Virus record (IMG/VR): IMGVR_UViG_3300027747_004168
DNA: 64,000 bases
Direction: 5' to 3' (one strand)
Origin: an uncultured virus (IMG/VR IMGVR_UViG_3300027747_004168)
Taxonomy: Duplodnaviria; Heunggongvirae; Uroviricota; Caudoviricetes
Made by a program: the position numbers and the translations under genes. This document shows positions 54,529 through 62,906 of this stretch, in pieces. Each line of letters starts with the position of its first letter. The first letter of the stretch is position 1. The notes beneath the pieces were generated by a model. It did not search any database. It was not told where the DNA came from and was given only the letters and a program-made list of their open reading frames with translations.

Positions 54529-55011
54529 ATGCCGGAATCGACGCCGCAAAGCCCGTTCAAGCTCAAGATGGGGAGAGACCCCCTGGAGGTCGCCAAGGAG
54601 ATTCTGGGCGAGCCCTTCGAGGTCATGGTCTCCACGATGGACCCATGGACGAGGATGAGGTGGGTCTTCCGGGAGGGCGAGGCCACGGTCAGCCTCGAGG
54701 TGTCCCACGCCGCCGGAGCTGAAACCATGGACATGACTGTGACTCACGAATTCCCGGAGGAACGGGTCGCGCCCGCGCAGAGGATCTACGAGGAGTCTTT
54801 CGGAAGGCTCAAGAGGTTCGTGTCCGTCGTCAGAAAGCCGTGGGACCAGTGGACCGAGGACGAGGTCATGGAGGATCCCATGTGGATATGCCTGTACAAG
54901 GAGCAGAACGGCCCGCCGACGCCAGCGATGCACGCCATGATGGCCATGGAGAGCTACGCGAGGCCCAACAACAAGTGGGTCAGGAGATACTTTGACAACC
55001 TGACGAGATAG
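54529..55011 (+). CDS. hypothetical protein, 'LP..LH..M' family (divergent)
   Basis: PTPAMHAMMAM...WVRRY. Confidence 0.6.
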   Translation: MPESTPQSPFKLKMGRDPLEVAKEILGEPFEVMVSTMDPWTRMRWVFREGEATVSLEVSHAAGAETMDMTVTHEFPEERVAPAQRIYEESFGRLKRFVSVVRKPWDQWTEDEVMEDPMWICLYKEQNGPPTPAMHAMMAMESYARPNNKWVRRYFDNLTR

Positions 55012-55042
55012 CGACATAATCTTCGGTCGAAAGGAGAGATTC

Positions 55043-55264
55043 ATGGAAGAATCGGAAGTGAAGAGAGTCATAGCCGAAAAGCTCGGCGTTCCCGTTGACG
55101 AAAAGACCCAGCTTGCAGCAGTAGCCCAGGACAGCTTCGCGAAGGTCGAGATGCTGTTCGAAATCGAGCGTCAACTGGGCGTGAGGATGCCGGATCAGGG
55201 CATAATAGACATGGAGACGGTCGGGGACTTGATTTCGGCCATCGAGAACTCAAGGAAAAAATGA
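55043..55264 (+). CDS. acyl carrier protein-like, divergent
   Basis: VKRVIAEKLG...QDSF..VE...EIE...G...TVGDLI. Confidence 0.75.
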   Translation: MEESEVKRVIAEKLGVPVDEKTQLAAVAQDSFAKVEMLFEIERQLGVRMPDQGIIDMETVGDLISAIENSRKK

Positions 55265-55521
55265 CCGACGAGGAAGAAAAGAAACTTTCCTCGCTTCTGA
55301 CGAGGAGATACAAGGAGTTGGCATTCAATTCTCCCCAAGAGACTTGGAGGCAATGCCTAGAAAGAAACGGCATGCGAAAAAGCTCCTATTGGAAAGAAAC
55401 ATCCGTCGCGGCGGGAAACCACCCCAAAATGGAAATCGTGCGCGATCCATCACCCTTCGGAGGCTTCATCCTCATGCCGGAGGAATTGGCCACGAAGATT
55501 CTGGTATTGGGGATGCCCTGA
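55261..55521 (+). CDS. hypothetical protein, 'P.E.A.K...LG.P' family
   Basis: C-terminus MPEELATKILVLGMP. Confidence 0.6.
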   Translation: MTDEEEKKLSSLLTRRYKELAFNSPQETWRQCLERNGMRKSSYWKETSVAAGNHPKMEIVRDPSPFGGFILMPEELATKILVLGMP

Positions 55522-55522
55522 C

Positions 55523-55885
55523 ATGGACGAAGAGCAGAAACAAAGGCGCATGAAGGCTTTAGATGAGCTCTCAAGGCTGGGCCAGGAGCTCGGACTGGAC
55601 GACATGGAGTGGCCTGAGAGCCGCGAACTGGACGGCCTCAAACTGGTCTGCACCTGCTGGGCCTGCCCGGAGCAATACGAAGTTTTTGACGGGGACAGGC
55701 AGGTCGGATACCTGCGCCTGAGGCACGGACGCTTCAGGGCTGATTGCCCCTCCGTCGGAGGAGAGACGGTTTACCATTCAAACACCAAGGGCGACGGCGT
55801 TTTCGCCGAAGAGGAAAGAGACGAACAACTTGGATTGGCAATAAAGAAGATCAGGGAATGGATGGTCCGAAATGAGACAGCCTAA
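55523..55885 (+). CDS. hypothetical phage protein
   Basis: CWACPEQY...VGYLRLRHG. Confidence 0.65.
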   Translation: MDEEQKQRRMKALDELSRLGQELGLDDMEWPESRELDGLKLVCTCWACPEQYEVFDGDRQVGYLRLRHGRFRADCPSVGGETVYHSNTKGDGVFAEEERDEQLGLAIKKIREWMVRNETA

Positions 55886-56216
55886 AACGTGGTTCGTCGA
55901 CTTCGACGGGACGCTCGTGACCCAGCGGAGCCACATGAGCGAGACCGACACCATTCTTGAGGGCACCAAGGTGTTCTTCAGGGAGATCGTGGACGAACTG
56001 GACCATGTGGTCATCACGACCGCAAGGACTTGCGATGACAAGGAACGCATCGAGCGGTTTCTGGAGTCGCACGGCATAAAGGCAGACCATATCATCTGCG
56101 GCCTGCCCACTGGGGTAAGGATGCTTGTCAACGACAAGAAGCCAGACGGGGCCCTCACCGCCTTCGCCTTCAACCTAGAGAGGGACAAAGGGATTGACCA
56201 TGAAATGTTCAAATGA
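55872..56216 (+). CDS. capless HAD-superfamily phosphatase
   Basis: VDFDGTL, ITTAR, NDKKP. Confidence 0.85.
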   Translation: MRQPKTWFVDFDGTLVTQRSHMSETDTILEGTKVFFREIVDELDHVVITTARTCDDKERIERFLESHGIKADHIICGLPTGVRMLVNDKKPDGALTAFAFNLERDKGIDHEMFK

Positions 56217-56338
56217 CACTGAGATGATCCAGAGCGTCGTGCTGACCTTCGACGACGGAACAACGGCCACCTTCAGCGGCCGGGCCGTCGGGCATTTTCC
56301 CGCCAGCCCTTCCATCCAGAAGATGCGGGAGAATTCCC

Positions 56339-56734
56339 TTGCGTGACAAGGTCTTCAAGCTCATCCTCTGCAGGATTCAGGAAATATGCGGCTGGCACCG
56401 CAGGAACTTCAAAGAATACGGCATAGAAGAATGGCCGTTCAGTCAATACTCCATGATCCAGAACTACCTAGAGGAGATCGGATGCTCCTGTGTCCGATGC
56501 CCCAAAGAAGTCTTGTTGGAACTGAAATCCAGCCCCGGCGGCTGCAGGACCGCAGAACTCCTGAACATTCCAGAAGGAAAATTCTTTATTTTGGCCCATC
56601 AGTTCTTGGATGACATTCTGAAGTCTACTACGATCATCCTCATCCCCCAAGAACTGGGCGAGCGTGCCGCCGTGCTGGGCGAGTTTCCAATCGGACCCAA
56701 AACGACCAGAATGCTCGGGCAAGGATTGAAATAA
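56339..56734 (+). CDS. hypothetical protein, 'P.E.A.K...LG.P' family
   Basis: IPQELGERAAVLGEFP. Confidence 0.55.
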   Translation: MRDKVFKLILCRIQEICGWHRRNFKEYGIEEWPFSQYSMIQNYLEEIGCSCVRCPKEVLLELKSSPGGCRTAELLNIPEGKFFILAHQFLDDILKSTTIILIPQELGERAAVLGEFPIGPKTTRMLGQGLK

Positions 56735-56799
56735 TGTACCGTCTGTTCCTAGAGCGGCAAAGAGTTCATGAGGGAAGTGGGCATAGAAAAGGAAAATCC

Positions 56800-56952
56800 A
56801 TGAATTGCGAAAAAGAACTTGAAGAACTGAAGTCCTTGGTCAGGAGATTCCTGAATGAAATACAATTCGTCCCGATGCGGGCCGTTGACTGCGACCAAGA
56901 CGAGGTTGAAAGACTCATGACGCAACTCGCTGAGGCGGCAAAAAAAGCATGA
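56800..56952 (+). CDS. small hypothetical protein
   Basis: AAGGA SD; MNCEKEL... Confidence 0.5.
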   Translation: MNCEKELEELKSLVRRFLNEIQFVPMRAVDCDQDEVERLMTQLAEAAKKA

Positions 56953-57113
56953 CCTACGAGGCTACGGATATGGCTGCAGGGAAAGAGGACCTGGACTTCG
57001 CCGTCCCCAAAGAACTCGCCTTCAAAGCAATCGTTCTCGGCGAGTTCCCTAGGTTCTCGTGGGTGGTGGAGTACTTCAATGACTTCCCGCCGGGATCAAG
57101 AATTTCGGAGTAG
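56949..57113 (+). CDS. small protein, 'P.E.A.K...LG.P' family (not in the ORF track)
   Basis: ATGA-coupled; VPKELAFKAIVLGEFP. Confidence 0.5.
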   Translation: MTYEATDMAAGKEDLDFAVPKELAFKAIVLGEFPRFSWVVEYFNDFPPGSRISE

Positions 57114-57226
57114 AAACGGCAGATTGGGCGACGGCTACGGAACGCATGCGCGACATATTTGCAAAAAAGGTTCGGGCGCGTGAAAAGCGACACTCCTTTC
57201 GCGGAAATCGCGGGGGAGGCATTGAA

Positions 57227-57505
57227 TCAGGACTCCCCGTTCAACCCTCTGGATTTCAGGTAGGCCCTCTCCGAGTCGGACAGTTCCAGTCCGGACACCA
57301 GCTTCCTTATTATCTCGTCCCTGATGTCCTCCCCGTCCGGCCCCTCCGTCTCCGAAAGAGCCTTCTCGTAGTGGCTCATGACACCGCTCCACCGCTCCAG
57401 AACCAGAGCCCTCCTCTCCTGTATGCGTCCGAGAACGGGTACCGAAGCGGCAAGCATTATCGACATCGCGACGAGAGTCTCGATTTTAGAAAATCCCTTT
57501 TCCAT
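57227..57505 (-). CDS. prepilin-type N-terminal domain protein
   Basis: MEKG|FSKIETLVAMSIMLA resembles a class III signal peptide (G-1, F+1, E+5). Confidence 0.55.
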   Translation of the reverse strand: MEKGFSKIETLVAMSIMLAASVPVLGRIQERRALVLERWSGVMSHYEKALSETEGPDGEDIRDEIIRKLVSGLELSDSERAYLKSRGLNGES

Positions 57506-57609
57506 ACAGTTATGTATGGCGTATTGTTAGAAAATTGTTAGTAGTTCGGAATCAAATTTGGTCCTGTGCGCCGCGTAATTTGGAAGAAAGGGTTTTGGAG
57601 CGTGATTCG

Positions 57610-57915
57610 ATGAACTCAAGCAACGGCGTGTGCCACATCACCGAGATCGAGGCGAGGCTCGGGGACATCCTGCGCAGGAGTTTCCCGGGAGAAGGCCTGG
57701 ACCGCGACCCCAAGGTCGAGTTCGACGAGTGGGCCGCAAGAAACAACATCCAGCGGGTGTCCTTCTGGGACTACACCCCGACCAAGAGGAAGAGCCCCGA
57801 ACTGCACCTCGTCCCCACGCCCCACCCGGGGCTGGTCAGCAGCGACACCTTCCTCGTGTTCGACGACGAGATGGCCGCCAAGGTGCTGTTCCTGGGCCAG
57901 GTGCCGAAGGGGTAG
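57610..57915 (+). CDS. hypothetical protein, 'P.E.A.K...LG.P' family
   Basis: FDDEMAAKVLFLGQVP. Confidence 0.6.
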   Translation: MNSSNGVCHITEIEARLGDILRRSFPGEGLDRDPKVEFDEWAARNNIQRVSFWDYTPTKRKSPELHLVPTPHPGLVSSDTFLVFDDEMAAKVLFLGQVPKG

Positions 57916-58036
57916 CGCAGGATCCGGCCCATTCAGCGGCCCGCGCGAACAGGCACGGACCTGACGCCCAGATTGATACGGGTTGACAGGAATGCAGATT
58001 CAGCCATAATGGAGAATCCAAACCAAGGAGGAAAAC

Positions 58037-58234
58037 ATGACGCCAGAAATTCAGACCACATTCCTGCACGCAATCAAGAACATGCTCGGATCCAACGAAA
58101 TAGACTTCCAGCCGCAGGAGGATGACGTCAGGGAACGCGCCTACATCCTCTGGGAGGAGGCGGGCAGGCCGGAATCGGACGGGATAGAGTTCTGGCTCAA
58201 GGCCGAGAGCGAGATTCTTGAGGGGATCCGCTGA
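58037..58234 (+). CDS. DUF2934 domain protein
   Basis: VRERAYILWEEAGRP......WLKAE; AAGGAGG SD; TTGACA-N16-CATAAT at 57983-58010. Confidence 0.85.
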   Translation: MTPEIQTTFLHAIKNMLGSNEIDFQPQEDDVRERAYILWEEAGRPESDGIEFWLKAESEILEGIR

Positions 58235-58456
58235 TCACGGTCCGCTGAAGTACCGCATGATGCGAACCAGCGCCGCCAAGCACGCCACGATCCCCGCCGC
58301 ACATACCGCCGCCCGGCAGACAGGGTCGTGCACCAGCGTCGGACACAGCGGACGCGTCACCAAGGTGTAGGCGAGAAGGCAGGGCATGTCGTGCACGGTT
58401 TCTTCCTCCGCAATATCTACGCCCCTCGCCCCCATTCCGCCCCCTAGCCCACGGAT

Positions 58457-58996
58457 TTAGACGACCGAACGCCATATCGTGGTGTCGGGGACACGTCCCC
58501 ACCCGGGGACGCACTCGTCCACCGCGGCCATCACTCCGGGCCACGCATCGCACATGTCGTGGCCGCAAAGCAAGCCTCCGCGGACGAGGAGCCGCCTGGC
58601 GATGCCTATGTCCCTCGCCACGCTCGCCCGGTCGTGCGAGGCGTCCACGAACACCATGCCGGCCCTGCCGCCGTACGACGCGAGCAGCTCGCCCACCCTG
58701 AGGGCGTCGGACAGGTCGCAACGGAAGCCCGGCAGCACAGAAGCGTACCGCCCCGAATTCTCAAGCCACCGGTCGAACAGGTCCGGAGGCACCATCCCGG
58801 CGTGCTCCGGGCTGCCCTCCCAATTGTCCACGGAAAGCACGCCTCGGGCCGACGAGAGGGCCACCGTCGAACGGCCCATCCAAGCGCCAAGCTCCACCGC
58901 GAGCCCCAGGCCCGCCGCGGACGCGTGGAGCCACTCCAGTTCGATGCGGGACGTCCACCCCGGGATGCGGAGAGCGTGGTCTATGGCGCCGTTCAT
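58457..58996 (-). CDS. class I SAM methyltransferase (Methyltransf_24-like)
   Basis: VELGAWMGRST, FVDASH, GGLLCGHD, WPGV..AVDE. Confidence 0.85.
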   Translation of the reverse strand: MNGAIDHALRIPGWTSRIELEWLHASAAGLGLAVELGAWMGRSTVALSSARGVLSVDNWEGSPEHAGMVPPDLFDRWLENSGRYASVLPGFRCDLSDALRVGELLASYGGRAGMVFVDASHDRASVARDIGIARRLLVRGGLLCGHDMCDAWPGVMAAVDECVPGWGRVPDTTIWRSVV

Positions 58997-59105
58997 GTCC
59001 GTATCTAGGGGCGTCAGAACGCGATGCCGACCCGCGACGAAAACGCCGCGCGGCCCCATAGGTGAATGCTCCCACCCGCTAAAGCGAGTGGGTTTCTAAG
59101 GCAAC

Positions 59106-59273
59106 ATGCTACTCAAGCAACAGACAACATTCTATGCTTGGAAAAACTACGAAGCGTATTTGAAGAAGCACTTTTGGAAAGAGAAAACACTATGGAGCGA
59201 TGGATATTTCGTATGCTCAACAGGCGATGCTTCTACTCAAACAATCCAAGAATATATCAAGAATCAAGGGTGA
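59106..59273 (+). pseudogene. tnpA: C-terminal fragment of IS200/IS605 Y1 transposase
   Basis: LKQQTT...FWKEKTLWSDGYFVCSTG......IQEYIKNQG (catalytic YxxxQ); the HUH half is missing. Confidence 0.85.
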
Positions 59274-59283
59274 ATCAAAGTTC

Positions 59284-59625
59284 TTAATGATCCCGGTTGC
59301 TCCAGCCACGAGGATCATTTTTCAGAATGTTTGAATAGTATATTTTTCTATACTTCATTGCATCCATACTGTTCCCAGTAGGCTTTAAATTTTCGCCAGC
59401 GGCACCGCAAAAAGGGCATTCGTCTGGACCTTCTGGAATACCATCAATATTGTCAAAAAATGTTTTTTTGCAGTCCTGGCAATTGAATTCATAACATCTT
59501 TCTCCAACATACGCATGATCATCATCCCCAGGTCCGCTAGGTCCAGTGTCTATTGACGCTTCTCTTCCAAGATCATGTCCGAAACTATTTTCTCGCAACT
59601 TTCTCCACTCATTAAAACTTTTCAT
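59284..59625 (-). CDS. zinc-ribbon protein with MKSFNEW N-terminus (passenger gene)
   Basis: YEFNCQDC...CPFCG, FmdB-like; AAGGTG SD. Confidence 0.7.
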   Translation of the reverse strand: MKSFNEWRKLRENSFGHDLGREASIDTGPSGPGDDDHAYVGERCYEFNCQDCKKTFFDNIDGIPEGPDECPFCGAAGENLKPTGNSMDAMKYRKIYYSNILKNDPRGWSNRDH

Positions 59626-59750
59626 AATTTCACCTTTCTTGAACAACACCATATATAGTTTGTGTGTGTAATTTTACCGCCATTCATCCCAGCCCCTAAA
59701 GGGACTGGGTTTTCTGGCGGGAGGCATATAAAACGATTCAGGAGGTGAGC

Positions 59751-60044
59751 ATGAGGATAGACGAGGCGAGGTACCTTGCGGGGCTGACTGAGAACCACCC
59801 CACAAGCAAGAACATGACCGACGCGGACTTCAGGAAGATCGAGGACAAGCTCAGGACGCACCTCGTCGACCTCAAGGCCGCCCACGAAGGCTGGCAGCAC
59901 TTCCGCGCGTCCAAGGCCGGGGCCACCAGCGTCCCCATGGCCGAACTCGACGAGTGGGTCAAGGAACTCGCCCGCATCGGAGAATCCATCGCCACCACCG
60001 CCGAGGACCTCACCGCAGGACCGGCCGACGCCTGGAACTACTAG
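59751..60044 (+). CDS. hypothetical protein
   Basis: AGGAGGTG SD. Confidence 0.65.
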   Translation: MRIDEARYLAGLTENHPTSKNMTDADFRKIEDKLRTHLVDLKAAHEGWQHFRASKAGATSVPMAELDEWVKELARIGESIATTAEDLTAGPADAWNY

Positions 60045-60077
60045 GCCAAAACCACAGGACGGCAGGTACATAGTTCC

Positions 60078-60857
60078 ATGAGATTCAGAGAGTGGATGGA
60101 GGCCTGGGCCGCGCGGACCCCGGCCTGGAAGAGCCTCAGGGACTACATGCGGAACCCCGACTTCAGCGTCGGCGACAACTACCGCCTGTTCCGCAACTGG
60201 AACTACACCCAGGGCCTCGGCATCGACGAGTTCGGAGACAGGGAGCACAACGGCAAGGGACTCCCGCAGGACTACGACCAGGCCGCCGTCGACAACGCCG
60301 ACAGGTTCCTCCGGGAGAACCCAAAGTGGAAGGACGAGTACATCACCCACCTCATAGGGTCCCACCCCGAGGAGGCGCCAACCATGGCCTACATGTCCGG
60401 GGCCGAGGAACTGCCGCCGGACACGTGGCTCGTCCACTTCACCGACGACGCCCGGGGCATCAAGAGGGAGGGGTTCAAGTACGGCACCCCGGAGGTCGAC
60501 AGGCTCGGACTCACCACATACTTCGGCCACGGGGCCAAGCCCGGCGGGTACAACTTCGCATTCGCCGCCGAAGGGGCCAACGCGAGGGCCGCCGCGCACA
60601 GCGGCAAGTACGGGAGGGAAGCCGTCATGTTCATGAGCCCCGCCGTGCTCGTCCACCACATGAGCGACGAGGAGTACCAGGCCGTCTTCGACGGCAAAAG
60701 AGTCAGGCCCGAGCACGTCGTCGCTATCACCAGGGACGGGGCCGAATGGGTCGTCAACGGAACCCCGAGAGACCCGTTCAGGGACGAGGACTTCGAGAGA
60801 GTCCAGAGCTGGGTCATGGGAAACTGGAGGCAGTACCAGAGGGTAATAATGGGTTAG
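60078..60857 (+). CDS. hypothetical phage protein with MRFREWME N-terminus
   Basis: 259 aa; TWLVHFT...I..EGF motif; TACATA 5 nt upstream. Confidence 0.7.
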   Translation: MRFREWMEAWAARTPAWKSLRDYMRNPDFSVGDNYRLFRNWNYTQGLGIDEFGDREHNGKGLPQDYDQAAVDNADRFLRENPKWKDEYITHLIGSHPEEAPTMAYMSGAEELPPDTWLVHFTDDARGIKREGFKYGTPEVDRLGLTTYFGHGAKPGGYNFAFAAEGANARAAAHSGKYGREAVMFMSPAVLVHHMSDEEYQAVFDGKRVRPEHVVAITRDGAEWVVNGTPRDPFRDEDFERVQSWVMGNWRQYQRVIMG

Positions 60858-60910
60858 GCCCCCGGCCAACTTTGCGCAGCCGCCACGCCCGATTACAATA
60901 GAGCCGAGCC

Positions 60911-61114
60911 ATGGAAGACCCCGCCCTCAAGGAACTCGAGACCGAAGCCAAGATCGCCGCCCAGCTCGAGCGCGAAGACCGCGAGGCCGCCCTCGAGGGA
61001 CTCGCGGAGGCCGTCCGTGAGGGCCTGGAACAGAGGATCAAGGGGCAGTGGGCGACGGACGAACGACTCGCCGCCGAACACGGCCCAGAACCGGAAAGAG
61101 AGGGAGACGCATGA
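60911..61114 (+). CDS. hypothetical protein
   Basis: Follows TTTGCGC-N16-TACAAT (60871-60899). Confidence 0.6.
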   Translation: MEDPALKELETEAKIAAQLEREDREAALEGLAEAVREGLEQRIKGQWATDERLAAEHGPEPEREGDA

Positions 61115-61335
61115 ACGCGGAGGAGAAGGCAAGAACGCTAGTGGGTTCGAGGGTCGACCTGACGCTCCGAAAACACAGGACGCCAGAGGCCGGGCCGTTC
61201 CAGATGAAATGCACCCTGCTCGGGGTCGGGGACGGGTTCCTGCTCGTGAGGAGACCCTCCGGCATGAGCCACGCCGTGCCGCTCGCCGACCAGCACATGG
61301 CCGTGGAGGACGTCTCCCCGGACGAGCCGGGGTGA
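61111..61335 (+). CDS. hypothetical protein
   Basis: ATGA overlap; AGGGAG SD. Confidence 0.6.
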   Translation: MNAEEKARTLVGSRVDLTLRKHRTPEAGPFQMKCTLLGVGDGFLLVRRPSGMSHAVPLADQHMAVEDVSPDEPG

Positions 61336-61354
61336 AACAAGGAGCGCCACGGCC

Positions 61355-61720
61355 ATGGAGTTCTCGTTCGAAGACCACGCCAGCATAGAGACGAGCCGGG
61401 ACCCCGCCCTGGACGCCATCCTGGAGGAGCACGGCGAGCTCGAGGCCCGCATCACGGTCGCCTGCGAGGGGCACGAAAGAGGGGTGGACATCATCGGCGT
61501 GGAGGTGGGAGACGCCAGGCTCTGCGACCCCGACGCGGACATCAAGCTCAAGTTCCTCATGACCAAGGAACTCAGGGAGGCCATACGCGCGGAGGTCGAG
61601 ACGCATGTCATGTCGAGGAGGAGGGACTACGAGGACAGGGCCGCCGAACACCTCCAGGGACTCCTCGAAGAAGCCGAGGATAGGAGGTTTGAGGATTACA
61701 GGGAGAACGCCTTCGACTAA
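61355..61720 (+). CDS. acidic hypothetical protein
   Basis: AAGGAG SD. Confidence 0.65.
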   Translation: MEFSFEDHASIETSRDPALDAILEEHGELEARITVACEGHERGVDIIGVEVGDARLCDPDADIKLKFLMTKELREAIRAEVETHVMSRRRDYEDRAAEHLQGLLEEAEDRRFEDYRENAFD

Positions 61721-61768
61721 CGCAAAACGAACGATCAGGGCCCGATAATAAGGGAGATAATAACGGCC

Positions 61769-62125
61769 ATGGACTGGACCGGGGAGAACGTCGCGAGGCT
61801 CTACGCCGCCATCCATGGGAAGATCGGCAGGATCAGGGAGGATTGCGGGCACATCCCCGGGAGCAGGGGCTTCTTCGCACAGCACGACAGGTACCGGGAC
61901 TTCCTCCGAGGCCTGGGAATCTCGGGCGTCAGGCTGGACGGCGAAGAACCCAAATGGACGAACCCGGACGGGACGCCCGTCGACGAACAGGCCGACGTCG
62001 TCATCCCAGACCCGTTCTTCGCACTCGACGACAGCCCAGACCCCGGGGGGAACCCAGAGAAGGGAAGGGGCATCCGCGTCCCCAAGGACACCGCCGTGAG
62101 GATACTCGCGATCGGAACGCCATGA
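61769..62125 (+). CDS. hypothetical protein, 'P.E.A.K...LG.P' family
   Basis: IPDPF...VPKDTAVRILAIGTP. Confidence 0.6.
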   Translation: MDWTGENVARLYAAIHGKIGRIREDCGHIPGSRGFFAQHDRYRDFLRGLGISGVRLDGEEPKWTNPDGTPVDEQADVVIPDPFFALDDSPDPGGNPEKGRGIRVPKDTAVRILAIGTP

Positions 62126-62186
62126 CCGGCCAGCTTTGCGCCCGACAAGAACCGGGCTACAATCATCCCCGAGGAGAACGCGCCCC

Positions 62187-62570
62187 ATGGAACGCGAGGA
62201 AGTCGTCACCAAGACCATGGAGGCCCTCGGCCTGCCCATGGCCGCCGCCGTACTCACAGAGGCTCACAGAGGCCCACAGAAGCCCTCGGCTTGTCCGGGA
62301 ACACGATCAGCGACTGGGCCGACCTCGAATCTGTTAAGTCTTGACTGGGTTCAACAAATGAACGAAGCACATATATTGATTGAAAAAGTAATAGAGATTA
62401 TTGTCTCCGAACGCAAAAGAACCACATTGGAAGTGAAATCTGGTTCTGTTGCGGATGAAACATCGCAAGAAGAAATTCTGAGCATGGCAAAAAATGCAAT
62501 TTTTAAAATTGCAAAACTAAAAAGGATCGAATCCATGCTTGGTGATGTTGAAACTCTCCTTGATGATTGA
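62187..62570 (+). CDS. hypothetical protein, apparently chimeric (AT-rich 3' part)
   Basis: GAGGAG SD; composition shifts near 62330. Confidence 0.4.
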   Translation: MEREEVVTKTMEALGLPMAAAVLTEAHRGPQKPSACPGTRSATGPTSNLLSLDWVQQMNEAHILIEKVIEIIVSERKRTTLEVKSGSVADETSQEEILSMAKNAIFKIAKLKRIESMLGDVETLLDD

Positions 62571-62906
62571 CGGGCGGCACGCTGTATAGACCATATCGCG
62601 CTCAAGGAACTGGCCTTCAGGATACTCGCCCCAGGCTCCCTGCCCCCAACGCCCTCCAACCCCTTATTATCGATCCCGTGGGTTCCACGCCCCAAACGCA
62701 CCCTCCGGCATGATGCGCCGTGGGTTCCGCGCCCGCCGACATACTGTACGGGCCATCCCCAGCCTCCGCCTCGGACCCCGGACGAGACCGCCTTGCGGAT
62801 CCGAAAGGGCAAGGGGCGCATCAAACGGGTGGAAAGTGGGTTTAGCCCGTCTTTATCGCAGCGCATTTTACCGCCCCATACCGCAGTGCCGCACGCGACC
62901 CCCCGC

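Larger units (their letters stand above)
59065..59718 (+). mobile_element. defective IS200/IS605-family element with passenger gene; ends approximate
   Basis: AT-rich island bounded by related hairpins CCCACCCGCTAAAGCGAGTGGG (59071-59092) and CCCAGCCCCTAAAGGGACTGGG (59688-59709); contains a tnpA fragment. Confidence 0.7.

Noticed and set aside
59066..59287. 73 aa ORF in the track
   Set aside because: Wrong frame. The meaningful frame is the TnpA fragment at 59106..59273.
59622..62257. 415 aa and 454 aa minus-strand ORFs
   Set aside because: They overlap several plus-strand genes that have SD sites or promoter boxes; shadow frames.
62568..62570. Stop-codon reassignment (TGA readthrough)
   Set aside because: TGA, TAG and TAA all end conserved genes at the expected positions (for example ligase, glf, clpX), so the standard code fits.
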